Positions 1-7,809 of a DNA stretch of 39,964 nt are shown piece after piece. This DNA is from Candidatus Woesearchaeota archaeon (GTDB lineage: Archaea; Nanobdellota; Nanobdellia; Pacearchaeales; GW2011-AR1): the NCBI GenBank assembly GCA_964399015.1, contig CAYNOY010000004.1:1-39964 (forward strand), in the 5' to 3' direction. How positions within the stretch are numbered: the stretch's first letter is position 1; each line of letters begins with the position of its first letter. A model generated the notes under the pieces. It had not been told where the DNA came from and searched no databases. It saw only the letters and a list, made by a program, of their open reading frames with translations. Made by a program: the position numbers and the translations under genes.

Positions 1-212
1 CCTCCAAATGGTCTTTCTGGCCTTCTACGGTTCTTAGGGAGGGTTTTTAATTTTGAAGCTCTGCATCTAGGCACACCAGACAATTTTTGGCCCGTTACAC
101 TGCATTTAGCGGTTTGGGGCTTCTTCTTGATGTAATGCACAGTATTACTATTGCCTGGAGTCTTCTTAAAGACTTTTCTTCGCGAATTTGACTTATGTTT
201 GCCTGATACCAT
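1..212 (-). CDS. rpl34e: Ribosomal protein L34e (C-terminal end runs off the window)
   Basis: Not in the ORF track (window edge). Minus-strand ATG at 212-210 translates to MVSGKHKSNSRRKVFKKTPGNSNTVHYIKKKPQTAKCSVTGQKLSGVPRCRASKLKTLPKNRRRPERPFGG, which fits the eL34 pattern (basic N-terminus, C-x-x-x-G-x-x-L-x-G, RPxRPFGG). Confidence 0.8.
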   Translation of the reverse strand, partial: MVSGKHKSNSRRKVFKKTPGNSNTVHYIKKKPQTAKCSVTGQKLSGVPRCRASKLKTLPKNRRRPERPFG

Positions 213-354
213 AATATTTCACTTGATTCAAGGAAAAATAGTGCGTTTATAAATGTTTTTGTAATGAGTACGTTTTATAGTATTAGAAAAATAATTCACA
301 TAGATAATTTTAATTAGATAAGACTAAATTCTTTTAATAAAATTTACATCTGAA

Positions 355-834
355 CTAAAAACTGAAAGTTCCACTAAAGAAAATAAAATAAATAATTAAT
401 CCAATTATTATTAAAATCGAGATTATTGAAAATAAAATCCAAAACCATGCACCTATATCTTTATGCTCTCCGTTTATTTTTCCGTAAATTAAACCAAAAA
501 ATAGACCTATTATAAACCAGATTACAGCACTTGTAATAATAATCATAGAATAAATAGTAGTTAAATCCCACAGAGAAGGAGATTCATTTCCCATAAGTCC
601 AAAAATAAACAAAATAAAAGTTGGTGCAGTTACTATTAATAAAAGTTCCAAACTTCCTTCCCACATAAGTCCTAGTATATTAAACAAAATACTATATGAT
701 GCAAATAATGATGCAAATTTTAGCCAATAAGACCATTCTCTTGAAGATTCCTGAATCTTGCCAACAAATGCCCCAGCAATGAATGCAATCATTATGACCA
801 AAATTTGACCAATTGAAAAATGTACCCCCTCCAA
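355..834 (-). CDS. Polytopic membrane protein, hypothetical. It probably continues upstream into the 692..958 frame.
   Basis: 159-aa ORF with 4-5 hydrophobic helices. The apparent start is TTG at 834 and the first ATG lies inside a TM helix. See the finding on the C5 run at 825-829. Confidence 0.5.
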   Translation of the reverse strand: MEGVHFSIGQILVIMIAFIAGAFVGKIQESSREWSYWLKFASLFASYSILFNILGLMWEGSLELLLIVTAPTFILFIFGLMGNESPSLWDLTTIYSMIIITSAVIWFIIGLFFGLIYGKINGEHKDIGAWFWILFSIISILIIIGLIIYFIFFSGTFSF

Positions 835-1078
835 TCAAACGAATAATTGTAAAAACAAAAACGATAATAGGGAAAATTAATCCCCCTCTAATCCAATAAG
901 GCCAATTCTTCCACCCGGTTCTTTTTTCAACAAGTTGTGAAGCTATTTGCTCATCCATTTTGTATCTCTTACATTAATTATTAGGTTTACATCTTTTAAA
1001 AATCCCTTTAACTTAACAACATATTGTGATTTTATGCAGTATAGAAAATTTTATAAGTCACCAACTTTTATTAATAAC

Positions 1079-1225
1079 ATGGAAGAAAGCAATGTAATTA
1101 TTTCAAGAGAAGAATTTAATGAATATCAAATATTAAAACAAAAACTACAATCAGATAAGGAAGTTCTTGTAGATGTAGCATTAGGCATAAAAGATGTTCT
1201 TCAAGGAAATGTAGAAGAAATTTAA
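1079..1225 (+). CDS. Small hypothetical protein (48 aa), possibly antitoxin-like
   Basis: Internal ATG of ORF 947..1225: MEESNVIISREEFNEYQILKQKLQSDKEVLVDVALGIKDVLQGNVEEI. Short, helical and acidic. Its stop overlaps the stop of the convergent RelE-like gene. The functional call is weak. Confidence 0.3.
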   Translation: MEESNVIISREEFNEYQILKQKLQSDKEVLVDVALGIKDVLQGNVEEI

Positions 1226-1537
1226 AGAGACATGATTATTTTTTCTAATTCATCCTTATAGTTATCAAGATTCTTTTTGATTATATCAATATCTTGTTGT
1301 TGTAGTTTTTTTGTTGTAATTGTTATGAGGAATACACATTTGGGTTCTTCATACGAAAGAAATATCAACCTGTATCCATTAAACTTTTTCGCTCTAAAAA
1401 AATCTATAACCCAAAGGCTTTCCAGAAAAGGGTTCTTCCTTCAAAGATTGCTCAAAATTCAGAACTCTCCTATAATATGAACCATCTATTTTATTCAACT
1501 TTTTTTTATAGTTCTCTGAACGAAATACTCTGAACAT
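1222..1537 (-). pseudogene. RelE/ParE-superfamily toxin-like gene with the reading frame broken in an A7 (T7 on the coding strand) run
   Basis: My own translation. MFRVFRSENYKKKLNKIDGSYYRRVLNFEQSLKEEPFSGKPLGYRFF stops at TAG. The -1 frame continues RAKKFNGYRLIFLSYEEPKCVFLITITTKKLQQQDIDIIKKNL...; the G-Y-R-L-x-Y/F...KK-x-QQ pattern is typical of archaeal RelE-like toxins. Total length is 316 nt, not a multiple of 3. Confidence 0.5.
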
Positions 1538-1667
1538 AAATTAGGGAGTTGCTTTGAGATTATAATAGTTTCTGTGAGGAGTTTAGGTTTTAAATAAAAA
1601 ACATTATCTCAACCAAACAACTAAAATCAATAATAGGATCAATAAAAACTATCTCTCATAAAACAAA

Positions 1668-2216
1668 CTAGTATTCTTCACCAGGATTCTTAGATTCGTC
1701 TGAACTTAATTTTTCAGGAATATTTTCATTAGGAGAATTACCTTTTTCATATTGGGGATTTACCGAGGGTTTTCTTTGCATTTCTTTTTTTGTGTCCTGG
1801 ACATACGAACCTTTATCCGCAGAACTATAAGCATCCATCGCTTTTTTAAAATGAATATCCGCTTGGTTATGCTTTCCTTCTTCCCTAAAATTCCGCGCAG
1901 ATTCTCGATGCATCTCTGCCTTTGCTTCAAAATCTACACCTTTTTTTAATTCAGGACCCTTATCAGTCTTTACTTCAAAACCCTTATCTTCATTTACCCT
2001 TGGACTATTATCTACATTTTTCTCAAGATCATTATTACTACTCTTCCCAAACCATCCTCCAAGTAACATCATACCTGCAATTAATAAAACAAATCCAAAA
2101 GTATTTGAAACAGGTTTTGAAACTCCTACAACATTTCCAGTAATCGTAGGTGTAAAAAATGTGATTCCTAACGCTAAGAATAAAACCGAAAATATTAACC
2201 AAAACCCTTTTTTCAT
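1668..2216 (-). CDS. Membrane-anchored hypothetical protein (two N-terminal TM helices, charged C-terminal domain)
   Basis: ORF 1668..2231. ATG at 2216 gives MKKGFWLIFSVLFLALG... (signal/anchor). The C-terminal half is rich in K/E/N. Confidence 0.6.
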   Translation of the reverse strand: MKKGFWLIFSVLFLALGITFFTPTITGNVVGVSKPVSNTFGFVLLIAGMMLLGGWFGKSSNNDLEKNVDNSPRVNEDKGFEVKTDKGPELKKGVDFEAKAEMHRESARNFREEGKHNQADIHFKKAMDAYSSADKGSYVQDTKKEMQRKPSVNPQYEKGNSPNENIPEKLSSDESKNPGEEY

Positions 2217-2258
2217 AATAACTCCAAGCACTTAGGTTTTATAAATATTTGTGTAAAA

Positions 2259-2762
2259 TTACTGCCCAACAACATCTTTCAAATCAACCAACGCACTAAC
2301 CAAATTAGGAACCAAAGTACCCTCACTATGCAACCCAACCATATCAGAATAACTCGCCCACATATAACCCCTATGTGTTTCAGGTTCCATTATCTTTGGA
2401 AACCCTTCAACCACCTCTGCAAAATAAGTTCTACATAAAAAATCCCCCTCAGGAGTTTGAGTCTCATAATCTCCAAAAACTCTATCCAACCTTACCCCAA
2501 TATTCAATTCTTCCAATGGCTCCCTCCTAGCAGAATCTTCTAAACTTTCTCCATCCTTAACTTTTCCTCCAGGAAATTCCCAACGTTCTTTGCCATGTTT
2601 ATTACCTCAAAAACAACGGGCACCCTACTTAAAAGTAGGGTTTGAAATGCCCTTGTTTTTGAGGGTCAGAGAAAAAAAGGTTTATTTTTTCTCTGAATTG
2701 CAAATCATTAAAGCATATTTATCTTGATTAAAAACCAAAACATTAGTCATATTCACTTCCAT
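2259..2762 (-). pseudogene. NUDIX hydrolase interrupted by a 90-nt insert (pseudogene or intron-containing gene)
   Basis: The frame upstream of ORF 2259..2516 stays open and reads GNKHGKERWEFPGGKVKDGESLEDSARREPLEELNIGV. This is the NUDIX box GX5EX7REUXEEXGU. The N-terminal piece MEVNMTNVLVFNQDKYALMICN starts at 2762. The two pieces are in the same frame, separated by 2607..2696, which contains TAA, TAG and TGA. Confidence 0.7.
2605..2695. other. About 91-nt double-hairpin element inserted in the NUDIX gene (MITE-like element or intron candidate)
   Basis: Hairpin 1: 2605-2616 cctcaaaaacaa pairs with 2653-2664 ttgtttttgagg; inner pairs are gggca/tgccc and ccctact/agtaggg. Hairpin 2: 2667-2678 cagagaaaaaaa pairs with 2685-2695 ttttttctctg. 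Confidence 0.5.
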
Positions 2763-2764
2763 TT

Positions 2765-2974
2765 TCAATACGCCCTAACTTCTGCATTCATATCCTCATC
2801 AATCTCCACCTCATATCTTCTACCTTGATTACAAACATTAAATGAACAAGGTGCATAACTCTCAAGCCCTACGCCAGTAAACAAGGCCCTTCTAAATGAG
2901 GTTCCCTCAGACATAGGCTCAAGCTTTCTATCTAAACTTTTTCCGCCAAACAACCGAGATATTTTTTCAAACAT
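2765..2974 (-). CDS. Hypothetical protein (69 aa)
   Basis: ORF packed between PCNA (3-nt gap) and the NUDIX start (2-nt gap). No recognisable motif. Confidence 0.5.
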   Translation of the reverse strand: MFEKISRLFGGKSLDRKLEPMSEGTSFRRALFTGVGLESYAPCSFNVCNQGRRYEVEIDEDMNAEVRAY

Positions 2975-2977
2975 TTT

Positions 2978-3709
2978 CTAATCATCAGTCTCAACTCTCG
3001 GAGCAAGAATAAACGATAACTCCAACAAAGGCGTCTTAAAATCCAACCTCAAAGGATAATCATTCGAGAAATTAATATTAATCTTATCAGTAATCTTTGT
3101 AGCCTTAACCATTTTTTGCAAATACTCTAAAGAATATTTCGAAACACCTTCTTCAGCTTCAAGATTCAATTCATCTGAAGAAAACTCAGAACTAAAAGAA
3201 TTCAATGAACCCTTAGCCATTATCTGAAATTTATCTGGAGCAGAAGCAAAAGTACAAGAATCTGCAACAACACTACAATCTTCAATACATTCAGCAAAAT
3301 CTAACGAAGTCATCTCAACTTTACTTGAAAAAGACAAATTGGGAATTTCCTTCTCCTCTCCCTCTATTTCAATCAACGCTAAATTAAACTCTCTCTTTAT
3401 CTTATCTTGAATCTGTAATTTCAACTCATTTTCTTGCCTAGTTATTGTCAAAATACTCCCAGACTTAACTCTTCTAAGAACTGCTTTCAAACTATCCAAA
3501 CTCACACCAAGAACCTCTTCTTTCTCAACTTCAATCTGCGAAAATGCAGTATTCGGAAGTTTAAACAAAATCATCGCCACATTAGCCGGATCAATAGCTA
3601 TAATCTTCAATCCCTCCTGATTCACCTTTAACCTAACTTCTAAAACCAATTCAGAAATTATATTAACAATCTCTGAAAGTATCTTCGGATTATCTAACTT
3701 CAATAACAT
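2978..3709 (-). CDS. pcn: DNA polymerase sliding clamp PCNA
   Basis: 243 aa. Length and the pattern LVLEVRLKVNQEGLKIIAIDPANVAMILFKLP...LSFILAPR fit archaeal PCNA. Confidence 0.95.
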   Translation of the reverse strand: MLLKLDNPKILSEIVNIISELVLEVRLKVNQEGLKIIAIDPANVAMILFKLPNTAFSQIEVEKEEVLGVSLDSLKAVLRRVKSGSILTITRQENELKLQIQDKIKREFNLALIEIEGEEKEIPNLSFSSKVEMTSLDFAECIEDCSVVADSCTFASAPDKFQIMAKGSLNSFSSEFSSDELNLEAEEGVSKYSLEYLQKMVKATKITDKININFSNDYPLRLDFKTPLLELSFILAPRVETDD

Positions 3710-3732
3710 ATAATCAAGAATATCAATTTGCT

Positions 3733-3771
3733 TTTAAATATTATTATGTTATAGAATAGGCTATTATATAA
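3733..3771. promoter_or_regulatory. Divergent promoter region for PCNA and primase (two TATA-like boxes)
   Basis: tttaaata at 3733-3740 lies about 27 nt from the PCNA ATG at 3709 (minus strand). ttatataa at 3764-3771 lies about 27 nt from the primase ATG at 3794. This spacing implies near-leaderless mRNAs. Confidence 0.35.
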
Positions 3772-3793
3772 GAAAAGATAAACCCTCAATGAG

Positions 3794-5410
3794 ATGGAGA
3801 ATAATTCTGAATCTCCAGAGAGAAGTTTCAAGGAACAAAGAATTCGAGAGGTAACTTTAATTTATTATTCAAGAAAAGATATTCAAAAAGCAATCTTCGA
3901 TTTTTCTCAAAAACGAGAGTGCGTTCCAAGATATTTTGAAGGTTTTGGAAAAAGACCAGACAGTTTTCAATATGTAGGAGACATGTTCGAACAAGTCAAA
4001 CGAGGAGCCACATCATTTCACTGCTCCGAAGAAATATGGTCAGACCCTCTAGAAATAAGCAACGAACTAAACCGAGATGAATTCAACGAATTAAGAACAG
4101 GATGGGATTTACTTCTAGATATTGACTCACCCTATTTAGAATACAGTAAAATATACACAACAATCCTAATAGAATTATTAAAATTTCATGGAATTGAAAA
4201 TGTTGGAGTAAAATTCTCAGGTTCTAAAGGTTTTCATATAATCATTCCATGGAAAGCCTTTCCAAAAGAAATTTACGGAAAGCAAACTAAAGACATGTTT
4301 CCTGAATGGCCAAGATTAATTTGTGGATATTTGGGAGAAGCAATTCAACCAAAATTAACAGATAAAATCCTTCATGATAATAGTACAAAAGACATCGCCA
4401 AAAAAACCGGAAAAGAAGAAGATGATTTAGTTATTAGGGAATGTATCTCATGTCACAGACCTGCCACGAAAAAATCCCTAATCCATTGGATGTGCCCTGC
4501 CTGCAAAAATGAAATCGACGCAGAAGAGGGAATGTATAATAATAGAAGAAAATCAAAATGCCCAAATCCGGAATGCAGAAAAGAATTATTTGAAATCTCA
4601 AGAGAAGAAATGTATTACTGTGAATACTGTGAAGTAAACTCAAGAAAAAATCCAGAACTATTTGAAGCAAAAGCAAGATTCGCAACAGAAAAATTAATTG
4701 AAGCAGATCTAATTCTAGTAGCGCCAAGACACTTATTTAGAATGCCTTACAGCCTTCACGAAAAAACCGCCCTAGCTTCAATAGTCATAGACAAGGATCA
4801 AATAGAAAATTTTCAAATCCTTGACGCAAGAGCACTAAAGGCAGAAGTCAAAGAATTCTATCCAACACCAAAAGAAGACGAAGCAAAAGAATTATTGCTC
4901 CAAGCACTAGACTGGAAAGAACAAAAAGATCAAGCTGAAAGGGTTACAGAAATCCAGAAAAAAGGAGCAAAAAAAATAGACCCATTAAACCCTCCAAACA
5001 ATCAACCCAAAAGAGACTTTGAAAAACTCATAATCCTAGACCCCCCTGAAGAAATCTACCCGCCCCAAATCAAACTACTTCTTGAAGGTCTCAAACAAGA
5101 CGGACGTAAAAGAGCATTATTTATTTTATTAGGTTTTTTCAAAACTCTTGGAACTGAAGAAGAGCTTCTAGAAACAAAGATTCTTGAATGGAATGAAAAA
5201 AATCATCACCCTTTAAAAAAAGGATACATCCAAGGACAATTAAATTGGTATAAAAAAGCCGGAACTAAAATGCCCCCAAATTTCAGTAATCCTATTTACA
5301 AAGATTTAGGGGTTGATAAACCAGATGACTTAGTCAGGATAACAAAAAATCCAGTTGGCTATGCAGTTAAGAAATGGTTCCAGTTGGGGTATGGAAAAAA
5401 TAAATCCTAA
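3794..5410 (+). CDS. priS: Archaeo-eukaryotic DNA primase catalytic subunit (PriS) with an enlarged Zn-ribbon insert and a fused C-terminal helical domain
   Basis: Catalytic motifs LLLDIDSPY, FSGSKGFHIIIPW and RMPYSLHEKT. The insert has 4 Cys pairs (CISC, CPAC, CPNPEC, CEYC). The C-terminus DGRKRALFILLGFFKTLGTEEELLETKILEWNEKN looks like a primase helix-bundle domain. Confidence 0.9.
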   Translation: MENNSESPERSFKEQRIREVTLIYYSRKDIQKAIFDFSQKRECVPRYFEGFGKRPDSFQYVGDMFEQVKRGATSFHCSEEIWSDPLEISNELNRDEFNELRTGWDLLLDIDSPYLEYSKIYTTILIELLKFHGIENVGVKFSGSKGFHIIIPWKAFPKEIYGKQTKDMFPEWPRLICGYLGEAIQPKLTDKILHDNSTKDIAKKTGKEEDDLVIRECISCHRPATKKSLIHWMCPACKNEIDAEEGMYNNRRKSKCPNPECRKELFEISREEMYYCEYCEVNSRKNPELFEAKARFATEKLIEADLILVAPRHLFRMPYSLHEKTALASIVIDKDQIENFQILDARALKAEVKEFYPTPKEDEAKELLLQALDWKEQKDQAERVTEIQKKGAKKIDPLNPPNNQPKRDFEKLIILDPPEEIYPPQIKLLLEGLKQDGRKRALFILLGFFKTLGTEEELLETKILEWNEKNHHPLKKGYIQGQLNWYKKAGTKMPPNFSNPIYKDLGVDKPDDLVRITKNPVGYAVKKWFQLGYGKNKS

Positions 5411-5417
5411 TAAAATC

Positions 5418-5873
5418 TCAACAACCCAAACTCCCTAAAATTCCAGGACCCTTAGCCAGCCCCCTTCGAAAAGAATCTTTCTCCTCAGCATTAAACCCAT
5501 TACACAAATAAAGTTTAGGAGATTCTAAATCAGAATCCTTATGCACCATTCTTTCAAAAGGAGACTTAAAATTAATTCCAATTCCAAATCCTTGCCCTAA
5601 TTTTTTCAGAAGTTTTTCTCTTGAAAGAATCTCTCCAAGTTCTTCAGCATATCTCCCAAATTTAAAAACAGAATTTAACATCTCCTTACTATGATCATCC
5701 CAGACCTGACAACCTTGAACAAGAACAGCATAACGACAATAATCCTCAGGCCCACCACTTGCACAAAATCTTTCATAATTTTCAACAGTCGGCATTGCTA
5801 TATCCTCATGCTCAGGTTTATGCCTACGATAAGGAGAAATTGTAATCACACTGTCAACAAAAGGTTTTTCCAT
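5418..5873 (-). CDS. Hypothetical protein (151 aa)
   Basis: ORF 5418..5939. The likely start is the internal ATG giving MEKPFVDSV.... No recognisable family. Confidence 0.5.
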   Translation of the reverse strand: MEKPFVDSVITISPYRRHKPEHEDIAMPTVENYERFCASGGPEDYCRYAVLVQGCQVWDDHSKEMLNSVFKFGRYAEELGEILSREKLLKKLGQGFGIGINFKSPFERMVHKDSDLESPKLYLCNGFNAEEKDSFRRGLAKGPGILGSLGC

Positions 5874-5979
5874 TAAAAATATAACTTCCCCATTTTTATA
5901 AACATAATTACATTTGAAAATACACTCTATGTGATACAAAACCCAACAAATTTAAATACCCCCTTGCTCTTATCCCTCC

Positions 5980-7785
5980 ATGATGAAAAAAAGAGCGTTC
6001 AGTATACTATTAGTCTTAGCCATATTATTCTCAGTTAGCTCCATCTTAGCACAAGATGAAATTTCTATCGAAACATCCTATAGTTGTTTAGAAACACAAT
6101 TAGGGGATAATTGCGGAGGAACAAACAATGTTGAGCAAGCAGCATTTAATCTTATGGCAATAGGTTATGATTCAGGACTTCAATCAGACTGTAGGTCCAC
6201 ATTAACCGGCATGAGAGAAGGGCCTTGCTGGGGAGATAGCGATGGAGCAGTTTGTAAGATAAAACCAACAGCATTAGCAGTTCTAGCACTAGATTATGTT
6301 GGACAAGATACCGAGACAGCAGTTAATTGGTTATTAACTAAAAAAGTAACTTCAACAAGTTTAACCTGGTTTTTAGAAATTGATGCAGACAATGAAACAA
6401 GTTGTACTATTAACGGGGCAAGCATTACTTTAATGGCAAACAAAAAAATAACAGGTTCAGATCCATCTGGATTAAGAAAAGCTTACAATAATTATTGGTT
6501 CGAAGTTACAGACATTTCAAAAAATTATACCATCTCTTGTGAAAAAGATTTTATCACAACCCTTCTTTACAAAAAACCTGGAAGCGATGTTTTTTATGTT
6601 TCAAGTAAAACTCAATCTGCGGCCGCACACGATTCAGTAATAGAAAAAGTCGAAGCTTATTGCTTTGGATTATCAAATACTTGCGATTACGAAGGAAGCC
6701 TTTGGACTGTTTTGGCTCTAGCTAAAATGGAAGAAGACATCTCTCCATACATGCCCTATCTATCTGCAATGTCAGACGAATCTGCAAACAAAAAATATCT
6801 ACCTTCGGCATTCTTGTACATGATGACTGGAGCTGATGATTATTACACTGCATTAGTAAATCAACAAAAACAAAACAAATACTGGGACGAAAGTAGAAAC
6901 AAATTATATGACACTTCGGTAGCACTTCTAGGATTACAAGGATTAACTCTAGCAGAAATTGATAATGCAAAAAATTATTTATTAGATTTAAGGGAAGAAG
7001 CAGGATGTTGGAATTCTTACACCTCATTTATTTTAGCAAGTGGTTGGCCTAAAGAACCTCATGTTACATCGAGTGGAGGAGATACAACTGCCAGTTGCAT
7101 TAGCTACGGCTATTCTTGCACCTCTACAGGAGATTGTAAAATAGAGGACAGATTAGATAATTTTCCTTGTCCATCACTAAGCCAAGTATGTTGCTCAGTA
7201 GAACCTGTTCAAGAATCTTGTTCCGAAAAAGGTGGAATAATTTGCGAATCAGATGAAGAATGTACTTCAAGCGAAGTTATTTCTGAAGATACAAATTACT
7301 GTTGTTTAGGAGAATGTGAATTCATAGAAGAAGAAGACCTATGTAGCGATGTTGCAGAATATAGTTGCGAAACCTCATGTTCAGATGAACAAGAAGAAAA
7401 AAGTTCCTATGCCTGTGATTATGGTGATGTTTGTTGTGCCCCAAAACAAAAAGAAAAAAGAAGCCTATGGTTAATTGTTCTACTAGTTATCCTTATCATC
7501 CTAGTTGTATTAGCAATAATTTTTAGACATCAATTAAGAATCTGGATATTTAGGGGTAAAGGAAAAGTTAAGTTGGGTAATGGACCTACTGCACCAGGTG
7601 GCAGACCCGGACCAGGTCCAGGCAGACCAGGTTTACCTCCACCAGGTATGGGCAGCAGAGGTAGACCTAGACAAATAATTCCAAGAAGACATTTACCCAC
7701 AAGAAGAAGTCCTGCACCTCAAGGAAGACCAAGAGATAAAGATTTTGATGATACCATGAAAAAGTTAAAAGATATTTCTAAGTAA
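5980..7785 (+). CDS. Large surface protein: signal peptide, alpha/alpha-toroid-like repeats, Cys-rich stalk, TM anchor, Pro/Gly/Arg-rich cytoplasmic tail
   Basis: N-terminus MMKKRAFSILLVLAILFSVSSILA. Repeats of the type KPTALAVLALDYVG, GSLWTVLALAKM and YDTSVALLGLQGL...EAGCW resemble prenyltransferase/terpene-cyclase repeats. Three Cys modules each end in CC. TM helix LWLIVLLVILIILVVLAIIF. Tail GGRPGPGPGRPGLPPPGMGSRGRPR. Confidence 0.8.
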   Translation: MMKKRAFSILLVLAILFSVSSILAQDEISIETSYSCLETQLGDNCGGTNNVEQAAFNLMAIGYDSGLQSDCRSTLTGMREGPCWGDSDGAVCKIKPTALAVLALDYVGQDTETAVNWLLTKKVTSTSLTWFLEIDADNETSCTINGASITLMANKKITGSDPSGLRKAYNNYWFEVTDISKNYTISCEKDFITTLLYKKPGSDVFYVSSKTQSAAAHDSVIEKVEAYCFGLSNTCDYEGSLWTVLALAKMEEDISPYMPYLSAMSDESANKKYLPSAFLYMMTGADDYYTALVNQQKQNKYWDESRNKLYDTSVALLGLQGLTLAEIDNAKNYLLDLREEAGCWNSYTSFILASGWPKEPHVTSSGGDTTASCISYGYSCTSTGDCKIEDRLDNFPCPSLSQVCCSVEPVQESCSEKGGIICESDEECTSSEVISEDTNYCCLGECEFIEEEDLCSDVAEYSCETSCSDEQEEKSSYACDYGDVCCAPKQKEKRSLWLIVLLVILIILVVLAIIFRHQLRIWIFRGKGKVKLGNGPTAPGGRPGPGPGRPGLPPPGMGSRGRPRQIIPRRHLPTRRSPAPQGRPRDKDFDDTMKKLKDISK

Positions 7786-7809
7786 GTTTCTTCTAGATTA
7801 GATTGTTAA

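Noticed and set aside
1277-1480. Plus-strand ORF 1277..1480 (67 aa), and ORFs 1752..1949 and 1922..2143.
   Set aside because: They are antisense to the RelE-like gene and to the 1668..2216 membrane protein respectively. The sequences are low-complexity and lack motifs.
7560-7700. Repetitive ggcagaccnggn / ccaggt DNA that looks like a tandem repeat.
   Set aside because: It is the in-frame coding sequence of the Pro/Gly/Arg-rich tail of the 5980..7785 protein. This is low-complexity coding sequence, not a non-coding repeat array or a CRISPR.
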